This document shows, in pieces, positions 49,965-61,345 of a DNA stretch of 64,000 bases. The notes under the pieces are model-generated. The model did no database searches. It had not been told where the DNA came from and worked only from the letters and a program-made list of their open reading frames with translations. The stretch lies in contig CM075977.1 of the NCBI GenBank assembly GCA_038087875.1, positions 50,344,001 through 50,408,000 of the forward strand, in the 5' to 3' direction. The DNA is from Malacoraja senta (lineage: Eukaryota). Positions within the stretch are counted from its first letter, which is position 1; each line of letters starts with the position of its first letter. A program made the position numbers and the translations under genes.

Positions 49965-51772
49965 TACATGATGATACAAAAGTGGGTTGTTGTGAAAAAT
50001 AGCAGCAAGATCTTGATCGATTGGCAAGGTGGGCTGAGAAATGGTTGATGGAATTTAATACAGAGAAAAGTGAGGTGTTGCATTTTAGGAAGTCTAACAT
50101 GGGCAGGACCAACACAGTGAATGTGGGACTCTGGTGAGTGCTCCAGAGCAGAGGAATCTGGGAGTGCAGGTGCAGGTTCCTTGAAGGTGGAGTCGCAGGT
50201 AGATGAGGTGGTCAAAAGGACTTTGGGCATATTGGCCTTCATCAGTCAGAGTATTGAGTATAGACGTTGGGAGGTCATGTTGCAGTTGTATTAGACGTTG
50301 GTGAGGCTGTATTTGGAGCATCATCTTAGACGAATGATGTTGTCAAGCTGGAAAGGGTACAGAGAAGATTTACGAGGATGTTGCCAGGACTAGAGGGTCT
50401 GAGCTATAGGGAGATGTTGAGTAGGCTGGGACTCTATTCCATGGAGTGCAGGAGACAAGACAAGACAAGAGAGCTTATTGTCATAGGACAATTAAATGCT
50501 TGCTTGCTTTTAGGCATAAATCCAGATCAGATCAGTGTGACCATATACCATAGAATATATATACACACATAAATACACAGATAAAGTGCAACAGGCTGTT
50601 ATAGTTCATAGTTTGTTTGAAGTTGTGTTTAATAGTTTGATGGCTGTGGGGAAGGAGCTGTTCCTGAACCTGGATGTTGCAGATTTCAGGCTCCTGTCCT
50701 TCTATCTGATGGCAGCGGAGAGATGAGTGTGTGGCCTGGATGGTGTGGGTCCTTGAAGATGCTGGCAGCCTTTTTGAGGCAGCGCCTCGATGCTAAGGAG
50801 GTCAGAGCCGATGATGGACTGGGCAGTGTTTACAACATTTTTGCAGCCTTTTCCGCTCCTGGACGCTCAGGTTGCCGTACCAAGCCACGATGCAACCGGT
50901 CAGCATGCTCTCTACTGTGCACCTGTAGAAGTTCGAGAGAGTCCTCCTTGACATACCGACTCTCCGTAATCTTCTCAGGAAGTAGAGGCGCTGATGTGCT
51001 TACTTTATGATTGCATCAGTGTTCTGGGACCAGGAGAGATCTTCGGAAATATGCACACCCAGGAATTTGAAGTTCTTGACCCTTTCCACCATCGACCCGT
51101 TGATATAAACGGGACTGTGGGTCCCCATCCTACCCCTTCCGAAGTCCACAATCAGTTCCTTGGTTTTGCTGGGGTTGAGAGCCAGGTTATTGTGCTGGCA
51201 CCATTTGGTCAATCGGTCGATCTCACTTCTATACTCTGACTCGTCCCCATCAGTGATGCGTCCCACAACAGTGGTGTCGTCGGCGAACTTGATGGTGGAG
51301 TTCGCACTATGTCCGGCTACGCAGTCATGAGTATAGAGTGAGTACAGCAGGGGGGCTCAAGCAGCCTTGAGGTGCTCCTGTGCTGATTGTTATCGAGGAT
51401 GACACATTTCCACCAATACGGACAGACTGTGGTCTGTGAATGGGTGATCTTATAGAAGTGTATAAAATCATGAGAGGAGTAGGTGAATTGAGGACCAGAG
51501 AACATAGGATTAAGGTGAAGGGGAAAAGACTTAATAGGAATCTGAGAGGTGACTTTTTCACACAAAGTGTGATGAGTGTATGGAACAAGCTGACAGAGGA
51601 GATAGTTGAGGAAGGGACTATTCCAACAGTTCGACAGGTACATGGATAGAACAAGTTTGGAAGGATATGGACCAAACGCGGGCAGGTGGGACTAGTGTAG
51701 CTGGGACGTGGTGGCCGGCGTGGGCAAATTGGGCCAAAGGGCCCGTTTCCAAGCTGTATAACTCTGACTCTA
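49965..51772 (+). mobile_element. CR1-clade LINE 3' fragment split by a Rex1 insertion (50455-51439)
   Basis: RT C-terminal similarity at 49965-50455 continues at 51440 (GDLIEVYKIMRG...). Confidence 0.8.
50455..51439 (-). mobile_element. Rex1/Babar LINE 3' fragment inserted into a CR1 fragment
   Basis: ORF 51000-51266 (GRITDGDESEYRSEIDRLTKWCQHNNLALN...) matches the RT of 38304-40175. (CAAGA)n repeats at the 3' end. CR1 sequence resumes on both sides. Confidence 0.88.
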
Positions 51773-52004
51773 AATGTAAATAAATTTATACTATGAATTC
51801 CTGGAGTGGGATTTACCCCACAAACTTCTGTCTTGATAGCCTGGTCCAGTGGAGATTTTCATTACCATTTCCTCTACCACTCACATGAAGGAAAATATTT
51901 GACTATTTAAATTGTTTGATATTTTCTGCTTTGAATTGGACCTGTCTGCATTTGTGTAGTATGTGATGTATATAATTATTCTTCTTATTTACTATTAACA
52001 GCAG

Positions 52005-53330
52005 TGTAGCTAATGTTGTTCCTTTATTTAAGGAATGTAAAGAGAATTATAGGCTGGTGAGGTCACGTCAATGGTAGGGAAGCTATTGGAGCGGCTTGTT
52101 CGGGATAGGATTTACTCCCATTTGGAAAAGAATGGTTGATTAGGAACAATGAGGATGGCTTAGTACATGGCAAGCATTGTCTTAATAACTTGATCGATTT
52201 TTATGAGCAAGTGATCGGTGAGGGGAGGGTGATGGTTGTCTACATGGATTTTAGGAAGACATTTTATCAAATCCCTCATGGTAGACTGATCCAGAAGACT
52301 AAAATGCACGGGATTAACAGTGACCGGGTCGTATCGATTCAGAACTGGCTAAAGACGAATGGTTGTGGTGGAAGGATAATATTCAGGTTGGTGGTCTGTG
52401 ACCAGTGGAGTTCTGCAGGTGTCTGTACTGGGAACTCTGTTTTTGATATATAGAAATGACTTGGACGTAAACATTGACGGGTTAATTAGTAGGTTTGCAG
52501 ATGACACTAAGATCACTGGGGTTACAGACGGTAAGGAATGCTGTCAAAGTATACACCAGGATATAGAAATGGCTGAGGGAGTTTAATCTGAACAAGTGAG
52601 TGATTGCACTGATGGTCATATGTATAGGGGAAATATGCAATTAATGGCATGGTCCTTAACAGCATTGATGTAAAGAAGGATCTTGGGGCCCTGGCCAATA
52701 ACTCCCTGAAAATGCCAACACCAGTATATGAGGTATAAAGAAGCTTATGGTATGTTTGCTTTCATATTGAGTTTAAGAATCAGGATGCAACTTTGTGGAC
52801 ATGGTTTAGACCGCATTAGGGGTATGGTGTGCAATTATAGTCAGCCCGTGGCAGGAAGAAAGATTGTGGCTGTGCAGAGAAGTTTACTGGAATGATCCCT
52901 AGATTAGGGGGTATTAGCTACACTATGCAGTTGGGCAGGCGTGGATTATTTTTCTGGAATGCTTGAGGTCGTGGGGGGTATATAAAATTGTAGAGCGGAA
53001 TAGTGACAGCGGGCGGTCAGAACCCTTTTTCCAGGATGGAAAAATGAAATACCAGAGAGCATAGCTTTAAGGTGAGAGGGACAGGAGATGTGTGGGGAAA
53101 TTTTTTCCACACAGGGTGATGAGTGCCTGGAATGTGCTGTCAGGTGTGGTGGTTGAGCCAGAAAGGATAGTCGCATTTCAGAGACATGGATTGGCATATA
53201 ACTAGAAAGGAAATTGAGACATGAATTGCGTGCAGGCAGATAATAGTTGGTCTAACCTTAATGCATCATATTCGGCACAGACATTGTGGGTCGTAGGCCC
53301 TGTTCCTGTGCTGTATTTTTCTATTTTTAT
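52005..53330 (+). mobile_element. Old CR1-clade LINE fragment
   Basis: Degenerate RT motifs (VYMDFRKTFYQIPHGRLIQK; SRFADDTKITG). Confidence 0.8.
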
Positions 53331-55280
53331 TTGGACCCACACGACAAAACTTTATTTATCTGCCAGCGAGGGGGGGGGGGGGTGAGTCAGTCAGTCTCAC
53401 TCTATCCAATGACTGAAGGGGGAGGAGTTGTACCGTTTGATAGCTTGATTGATTTTTGATTATTAGTAATTATAAATAAAGACAATTAGTATGACAATCA
53501 GTTAGTGAAGTCTCACAGTGTTAACCTGTTTTCCAGAAACCTGGCCCAAAACTTCATGAAGAATTAGCATAATTTTCATTTGAAGACGATTGTTTAAGAA
53601 GAAGGCTTACAATATTTGCTTGCCAAAATAGTATTAAGCTCTCTGTATCTAATTTTTAGAACAAAGTTATGATTTTAAGTTAATTGTTGTAGCTTAGGTA
53701 CATTTTTCTACTATTCATATGCTGTAAGAAAATACGCATTTCATTTTAATTGAATTATTCCCACCAATTTTGAATTAATCTTTCGTCCAAAGATTGTAAA
53801 GGTAAAAAAAATTCTCTCTCCATAGAAACTCAATTTGGTAGAACAAAATCTTTTATATTCACAGAATTAAGATTCCGTATCAATCACCATGCATTGCTAA
53901 AATACTTTTTTTTTTAATTTATAAGAACTGCAGCTATTGGACGATTTTACAAGCTTGCTTGGAAATTGTGATCCCCAAGACTATTCAGGAAAAGAGTTTG
54001 AAAGTAATTTTGATTGTTGGAAACCTGAAGTTAAAATATAAAATGGTGGAGATAATCATACAAAATAATATGCTTGTCAGCTTCTATGGAGATCAAAACA
54101 AAAGAACAGTTTCAGGATGATGACATTTTAAGTTGAGCAAGCATAGGTGCTGTTTGGTCCTGTGAATTAAAATAAGCAGCACCATAATGAAAAAGCAAGG
54201 CCAAAAGAACTGGCTTGCCCTCACCACTGCAAGCAGCAACCTGCACATTTCTGGCACTGTTCCAAAAGTTCAGCTGCCAAGTTTGTCAATGTGCATTTGG
54301 ACAAAAGAGTGCTTGGATGTTTGGGGCAGCAATATCCAGGAGAACAGACCCTCTTGATGTAGCATGTCAACTGAAAGATCAATTGATGATTTTCTTGTCA
54401 GGAGAGTTCACCCAGCCATGTCCTATAATAAAAAGTGGCAAATGCATCTCCAGAAAAGAGATTTCTCTTTTTCGGTCTCCGAGTAAAAACACGTTAATGC
54501 ATTCCTTTGAAATAAATTTGAACCAAACGATTTGCCTTCCTCTTTTCCATTCATTTTTTGTCTTTATCATAATTGTAATTGCAGTCAGATTTTTTTATGA
54601 ACAATAATGCCAGCAATAAATATCTACTTTGCCCTGAATCAATCACGAGTTGCCATATGGACTGTGCAGGTATAATGAAAAATTTGTTTGCAGCAGCACT
54701 ACATGCACGCAAACTCATATAATTTTATTATCTGTGGATTATACATAATTCTACATAAATTCTGCAAGACAGTGAAATAGGATTGTGCAGATTGGTTCCA
54801 GAACCTAGCTATTCTACAGAAAATAACTGTTCTTGAACCTACGGGTGTGGAACTTCACGCTTCTGTACCGTCTGTCTGACAGTAGCAGTGACAACATGGG
54901 GCATGGCTTGGTTGGTGTGGGTCCATGATAATAAATGCTACCTTCTTGAGATAGCGCCTCATGTACATGCTTTCAATGAAGGGGAACGCTGCACCTGTGA
55001 TGGACTGAGCTGTGTCCACAACACACTGCAGCCTCTTGCATTCATGTGCATTAGCATTTAATGTACCAGGATATTTCACAGCTGGTCTACAGTACTTGTG
55101 TAGATATTTGTTAGAGAATTGTGTGATATGCCAAATTTCTACTTCTAAGAAAGTAAAGGCGCTAGCACACCTTTGTGAATAAATATGGTGCTGGTCGAAG
55201 ACAGGTTATCTATGATGTTAACACCCGGGAATTTGAAACTGCTTACTCTCTCCACCACCAACCCAACAATGAAAATGCAG

Positions 55281-55470
55281 ATAGACACAAAAAGCTGGAG
55301 TAACTCAGCGGTCCGACAGCATCTCTGGAGAAAAGGAATAGGTATGTTTCTGGTCTCGACCCGAAATGTCACCTATTCCTTCTCTCCAGAGATGCTGCCT
55401 GACCCGCTGAGTTACTCCAGCTTTTTGTGTCTATCTTCGGTTTAAACCAGCATCTGCATTTCCTTCCTAT
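55281..55470. mobile_element. Palindromic Penelope-terminus-derived element, ~15-bp TSD, inside an old Rex-like fragment
   Basis: Inverted arms. TSD ACAAT(G/T)AAAATGCAG at 55266-55280 and 55471-55485 (one mismatch). Confidence 0.8.
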
Positions 55471-56598
55471 ACAATTAAAATGCAGTGTTGAGTTGATAGT
55501 CAGTGAGAAGATGCAGACTTGAGTGCACCTGTGTTGATAGTGAGGAGAACGTGTTACTAATCCGTACTAATTGAGATCTGCCGATAAGGAAGTCTGAAAG
55601 TTTGCTCAGGTAAGGGTAATAGTCGTCTTTCCCTGAACAGCATTGATGAAACTTGGAATTTCAGGAGTGTCTGGTGTTTTCAAGGTCTTTTCAAGGTCAT
55701 CTCTGATGCAATGGAATTATCTTTATATTCTATTGCATTAGTGAAATCAAATACCCAACTGTAATGGGAAGGTTCAAGGACCACAAATCCATGTCTTGGA
55801 TATAAATCCAATAATTTAACCTTTTGGTTCAATCATTAAGCATTTATAAGTATGACACTGTATGATAAGAAAGCATTAAAAACTAAAGTCAGTCAGTAAC
55901 TCACCTACTCCAGTTGAAGTAGAGCCTAGAAAGTCAAACTTGGGATCCCTCTGAGTTCCTCCAGCGCTTTGTATTGCTGAGAAGTCCAAGTTTTGCTAGT
56001 TGAAGCTTAAATGCTGATTTAGCCTATGGTATTGTACCTTTCTAGTCGCTCCAGGCTTTGGTGTGGATGCAGAAAGAACTTGTTTCCTGGAATGAGAGAT
56101 TGTAGCCTTGTGAATGGTCCGGAGCAGCTTGGATGATTCTTACAGTAGAGACGGTTGAGGAATGATTTGATGAATCCATACTAATGAATCCGTACTTAGT
56201 AATCCGTACTAAAATCATGAACAATTTGCCGTAGAGATATTATTTTTGATGGCTAAAGAGTAGATAACCAGAGGACATGAGAATAATGGTGATTGTCAGT
56301 TTGATTAGTGATTGGGGGAAATGTGTTTTAATAGTATAGTAGTTCTCAAGGCAAGATTAGTCAAATACTTGAAGGAAGTAGCAGGAAAGTGCAACCAGAT
56401 CAGTTTGCTTCAAACCTAGCAAAAACTAAATGGACAATATGATTTCCGCTTATGCTCCATGATTCATCTTTGATATGGAACATTTGTTAAGGCACCCAGA
56501 TGGAAGCTCAATAAAAACTGGTACAGCTTGAGGCATGTTACATTTTTGTAGTGATTCAAGTTACACAAACAACTTTTTGCTGAAACAGTGATTTGTCG

Positions 56599-56827
56599 AC
56601 TGAAGATAGACACAAAAAGCTGGAGTAACTCAGCGGGACAGGCAGCATCTCTGGAGAGAAAGAAATGGTGACTATTCAGGTCGAGACCCTCCAGGTCTGA
56701 AGAAGGGACTCGACCCGAAACAGCACCCATTCGTTCTTGCCAGAGATGCTGCCTGTCCCGCTGAGTTACTCCAGCTTTGTGTGTCTATCTTCAGTTTAAA
56801 CCAGCATCTGCAGTTCCTTCCTACACA
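56599..56827. mobile_element. Palindromic Penelope-terminus-derived element
   Basis: Near-perfect ~90-nt inverted arms. Central CTGAAGAAGGGACTCGACCCGAAAC at 56697-56721. Confidence 0.8.
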
Positions 56828-57628
56828 TTTGGCTTGACTATCTTTTTTCACTCGTGGCGCAGCAAGAAACAGTGTGGATAGCATCACTAAGCATACGTGG
56901 CTCTCTGCATGAGAATTATTTGTCTATTTTAATTCATATTGGATGTGTAGCCTACAAAAGGCGCGCATGTAAATACTTAAGTCAAAGCTAGTGTGGTCTC
57001 CCCTTAATTAATAGTAATTGCTCTAATATGTTTTCAGTTGGCAGCAGTCAAAAGATGTTGATTTGCCTTTATGTTCTAAATCCAAAGAAGCTTTGTTCTT
57101 GTATTTTTATCCCATAATTACCATGCATGAGAGTCAGAATTTTAATAAAAGCCTAAAGTTTTTAATTTTAAAGCCTTTTCTTATTTTAACCAATATTTGC
57201 TGAATAAGTTCACAAGACCAAATATATGAGATTGCATTCACATAACCTAGGAAAATGGTGCAAGAAGCACTGGATGATTTCCTTTGTTAGATCAACATGA
57301 AATGCTAAAAGAAAGGAATTCTTTTGTTTTGCAAGCATATTATAAAACAGTGCAGTGGGGGGGGGGGAGTGAAACTTTATTTTTTGCATCACATGCCGTG
57401 TTTATACTGAATACTGTAGTTGGAGGATTTTGAAAGCAATAAACATTAGTCATTGATATTTTACATGCATTGTGCCAGCCAATAGGGCAGCGATATTAGC
57501 TGGTCGATAATCAAACTGGGAAAAACAGATGCTATCCATTTTGCTCTTTATAACATTATTCACAGATGATGTTAAATGTCAATATTTTATCCTATGAATT
57601 TCTAAATTATTTGTATTTTTCTCTTTAG

Positions 57629-58095
57629 TGGTTCAACAGCTCCTTTCAGCACACTTTTATGGAGTTTGTGAGAAACAGCAGTGGCTATTGCCCAGCACAA
57701 CATAGCATCTTTGCAGACAAGTAAATCTAAGCAAGAACCTGAAGACTACCATTTTGGATTGACCATCAAGTTTAAAAAAAAGAATCCAAGTGATAAGAGA
57801 CTTGGCCTGTTCGGTATCACTAGTTGCATTCTAATTGTTTTGCAATGCATCTCCAAATGGGGTGACTGAACTGTTGAATGTTAGAAGCATTTGTAGTTTG
57901 AAGGAGAGCAAATAAGAAAAAACGGAAAAAGGGACTGATTTTATAAACAAAGTTTAAAGAATAATATTTTGTTCTTGTGCTACAATAAGAAACCTACAAT
58001 CGTATGAAGACAGCGCACATAGATTAAATTGGAGGTACTAAGATCATTTACAGACCTTGTGCTAAGATACTTCTGTGCCACCGGTTTCCAATCCA
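57629..58095 (+). other. Probable 5' UTR portion of the first coding exon of the PTP4A gene
   Basis: Strong acceptor ttgtatttttctctttAG at 57627-57628, followed by repeat-free sequence up to the ATG. Vertebrate PTP4A genes have a long 5' UTR in this exon. Confidence 0.7.
57659..57724 (+). promoter_or_regulatory. Upstream ORF, 21 aa (MEFVRNSSGYCPAQHSIFADK*)
   Basis: ATG at 57659 (context tttATGG, G at +4) to TAA at 57722-57724, 30 nt after the putative acceptor. Mammalian PRL mRNAs are known to have regulatory uORFs. Confidence 0.65.
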
Positions 58096-58200
58096 ATGGC
58101 TCGCATAAATCGCCCTGCACCCGTGGAAGTTTCTTACAAACACATGAGATTTCTCATTACACACAATCCAACAAATGCCACATTGGGTGCATTTGTAGAG
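58096..58200 (+). CDS. PTP4A/PRL-family phosphatase, first coding exon (aa 1-35)
   Basis: ATG at 58096 translates [35 protein letters not shown], the PRL N-terminus. 105 nt, followed by donor GTGAGT at 58201. Family is certain but the paralogue (PTP4A1/2/3 or other) is unresolved, so no symbol is given. Confidence 0.97.
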
Positions 58201-59840
58201 GTGAGTCTTGAAATGCTAAATATAAATGGGACTATTTGACAATTCTGCTTCTTTTGGTATAGATTTTAGTGCCTGCCATTTTGCATTTGAGTTATCTACG
58301 GGAGACTGTTAACATTTGTGAGGATTTTCTTGATTTGGAATCCTATACCTTAGTGGTAAAGATAGTAATGATTTACAAGAAGTTGATGCACTTTGAATTA
58401 TAGATGTTGCAATAATGAAATAATCTGACCCAAGTAGATTATTTAATTTACATGCTTGTCGACTTCCGTTTTGTCTTCAATAATTTATCAAACCTTAAAT
58501 GCACTTAACTTCAACCCAGGCACAAACTCTAGTAATACTACCATAGCCTTGTGAGCCATGTACATTTGTATAGGAAAAAGCTGCTGCTTTTTGTTTGTGT
58601 CTGTAAGTGACGTGAAGTATATGTTTTCAGGTTGGGCGCAACATTGAAACTGAGTTGATTTGAATTGGAAATAATAAAATGAGTGCCATCTACCTTATTT
58701 GATATTTTTATCTCGCCTTGGCTTTTTGGGCCTTAATTGTGGAAAATAAATAGGGAAGCTCTAAGTTTTCCATCTTGTCCTGCTTTTGCATAATTTTATA
58801 CAATGATTTTGCCTTCCCATTGTTATTTCACTTGTCAATAGCACCTTTGGGAATGATCAGAAATGTACGATCTACATAAATGTTGAAGATAATATAGCCA
58901 GTCAGGGATTGGATATTTGGTGGCCGGTAATTTGCCATGATGCCATAATGCCTGATTTTTCTTTTAGTATGTATATTTTTTAATTTAATTTTATTGCTAA
59001 TTTTGAGAATATCTGGACAGTGTCACATAATGTGAGCTTATTCAGTTAAAATTTAACAAGTTTGAAGATTGAGGCCTAAAGAGCAGAAATCTAATTGAAA
59101 TTCCAGAACTTGTCTGTGGACAGTTACTTGAAGGCATGGTTGTTGATGGAACAAAAGTCAGAGTCAAAATTAGAGGAGGTATTTGGAAGCTGGGAGCCAT
59201 GTGGTTCAAATATTGAAAGTATGAAATGAAGGGCAAATGTGTCCAAATATCAATGACACGAAGGTTTTGAATGTATTTAGTTCATGGAAGTTAAAATATC
59301 AGTGGATAAAATAGAAGTGATTCAGAATAGTCAAATCGTCATCCATCAGCAACTAATGGTCTGAGAAAATGGGAACAGGTGAGATGATGGAAATTTGAAC
59401 AAGCAGTGATGTTGAGAAGGCATATTTGAGGTCAAATAGTTCTTTCAGTTCTTTCCAGGTAATTACAGATTATATAAGTTGTATAGTAAATATGTAATCA
59501 TGTGGCTTAATTATTACCGGATGTGAATAAGCAATGCCCTTCCAATTTAACAAGAACAAACTTTTTGAGATATATTCTTGTATCATGCACCAGCAATGGC
59601 CAAATCGCGTTTGCAGATTTATTGACTTCTATTTTGTGGGTGAGAATAAAATTCAAAATGGTTTTGCTATTTTTAATATTAAAAATACTAATACCACCAT
59701 TCTCTTAATTTGAATTCATTTTTTTAGTTCATAACCCACAACATAAAACAATAAACTGTAGATTGCATGTCTCATTCATCTCCCAGAATGTCTTCATCAG
59801 CAATAATTCTTAAATAGTTACTCATGTTTTCTTCTCTTAG

Positions 59841-59933
59841 GAGCTAAAGAAGTATGGTGTAACAACTCTTGTGAGAGTATGTGATACCACGTATGATAAG
59901 AAGCCAGTGGAGAATGAGAGTATTGAAGTAATA
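59841..59933 (+). CDS. PTP4A/PRL-family phosphatase, second coding exon (aa 36-66)
   Basis: Acceptor ttttcttctcttag, 93 nt phase 0 encoding [31 protein letters not shown] (includes Cys49), donor GTAAGT at 59934. Confidence 0.97.
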
Positions 59934-60438
59934 GTAAGTAAAGGCTCCTTGCATTTTATTCATTAAAAAGTTTGCATTCCACAGATGTTTAACTTGGTTT
60001 GTTCTGTGCTTACTGGAGTTCAGTGCTGACCAGAGAGGGTTTCCTTATGTGCCAATGATAATGTGGCAATTACAATATATTTCCGGACAGGCACCACATT
60101 AATTTGGTAAAAGTTAAAACAGGGTGAGTTGTTTTGATTACAACATTTTTATTAAATCAATGTCCAGCAGCCACAGCATCTAACAAGTTCTCGATATTTC
60201 ATTTTGGTGTCCTACCATGTACATTTCAAGGCTTATGTGTGAATTTTTCATGGCCTTGTTCTTCAATGTTGTAAGTGTTGAATGGTTCATGGAAGACATT
60301 CAGTCTTGTTATGGGCACAAATTGCTGGTCAGGCAGCATCACTGGAGAACACAGATAGGTGACATTTTGGGTTGACACCCTACTTCAGTCTGATTGCAGG
60401 GGTGGAAGAGAAGAAAGATGGAAGAGATGAGGGTTAGG

Positions 60439-60607
60439 ATAAGATGTCACTAACTTGATTGAAAGGCTGGCTAGCTGTTAGATGTAGAATTCATTTTTAA
60501 AGGGGAAGTACAATGTGAACCATAAGATGTCACTAACTTGATTGAAAGGCTGGCTAGCTGTTAGATGTAGAATTAATTTTTAAAGGTGAAGTCGTACAAT
60601 GTGAACC
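60439..60607. repeat. Tandem duplication of an ~83-nt unit
   Basis: ATAAGATGTCACTAACTTGATTGAAAGGCTGGCTAGCTG... at 60439 and 60522, with few differences. Confidence 0.9.
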
Positions 60608-60864
60608 ATACTGTGCTTCATTCAGCCTCTGGAATTAGAGGTAGAATGAAGTTTGGTGATGGGACCAAGAATGTTTTAAAAGACGGGGAAGAATACCAAT
60701 GACTTTGGAAACCTGAGTGTTCGAAGAATAGCCAAATGGATACTTGTGATCCCCTGTATTTAATTGAATTGCATTCTGTTACATTATCAATTGAACCTAA
60801 TGGGGTTGGACCAAGAGCATTGAAGGTGCAAAATGTAATTCTTTGAAAATGATGCTACCAATAA

Positions 60865-61345
60865 GAGCTGGAATGGGTACAGAGAAGATTTATGAGGATG
60901 TTGCTACGACTAGAGAGTCTGAACTATAGGAAGATGTTGAGTGGTTGGAACTCTATTCCTTGGAGCGCAGGAGATGAAGGGTGATCTTGTAGAGGTATAT
61001 ACAATCATGAGAGGAATAGATCGGGTAGATGCATAGTCTTCTGCCCTGAATAGGTGAAATCAAGGACCCGAGGACATAGGTTTAAGGTGAAGGGGAAAAG
61101 ATTTAATGGAAATCTGAGGGGTAATTTTTTCACACAAATGGTAGTGGATGTATGGAACAAGCTACCAGAGGAGGTAGTTGTGGTAGGGACTATCTCAATA
61201 TTTAAGAAATGCTTAGACAGGTACATGGATAGGACAGGTTTGGAGGGATATGGGCCAAACGTGAATGTAGCTGGGACAATTTGGTCGGTGTGGGTAAGTT
61301 GGGCTGAAGGGGCTTTTTCCACGCTATAATATGACTCTGACTCTA
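60865..61345 (+). mobile_element. CR1-clade LINE 3' fragment in a PTP4A intron
   Basis: ORF 61054-61329 (SRTRGHRFKVKGKRF...FFTQMVVDVWNKLPEEVV) and (ACTCTG)n-type tail. A second CR1 tail lies at 61568-61778. Confidence 0.85.

Noticed and set aside
57681-57869. 62-aa GTG-initiated ORF in the PTP4A leader
   Set aside because: Non-ATG start from a prokaryote-style ORF caller and no recognisable domain. The overlapping ATG uORF in another frame is the better candidate.
58029-58211. ORF-track calls over PTP4A exons (58029-58211 and 63056-63250)
   Set aside because: Wrong frames. The real coding frame is recovered only by splicing.
660-60400. Recurrent GCTGAGTTACTCCAGC repeats as a CRISPR-like array
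   Set aside because: Dispersed, in both orientations and irregularly spaced in eukaryotic DNA. Explained as Penelope-derived repeats.
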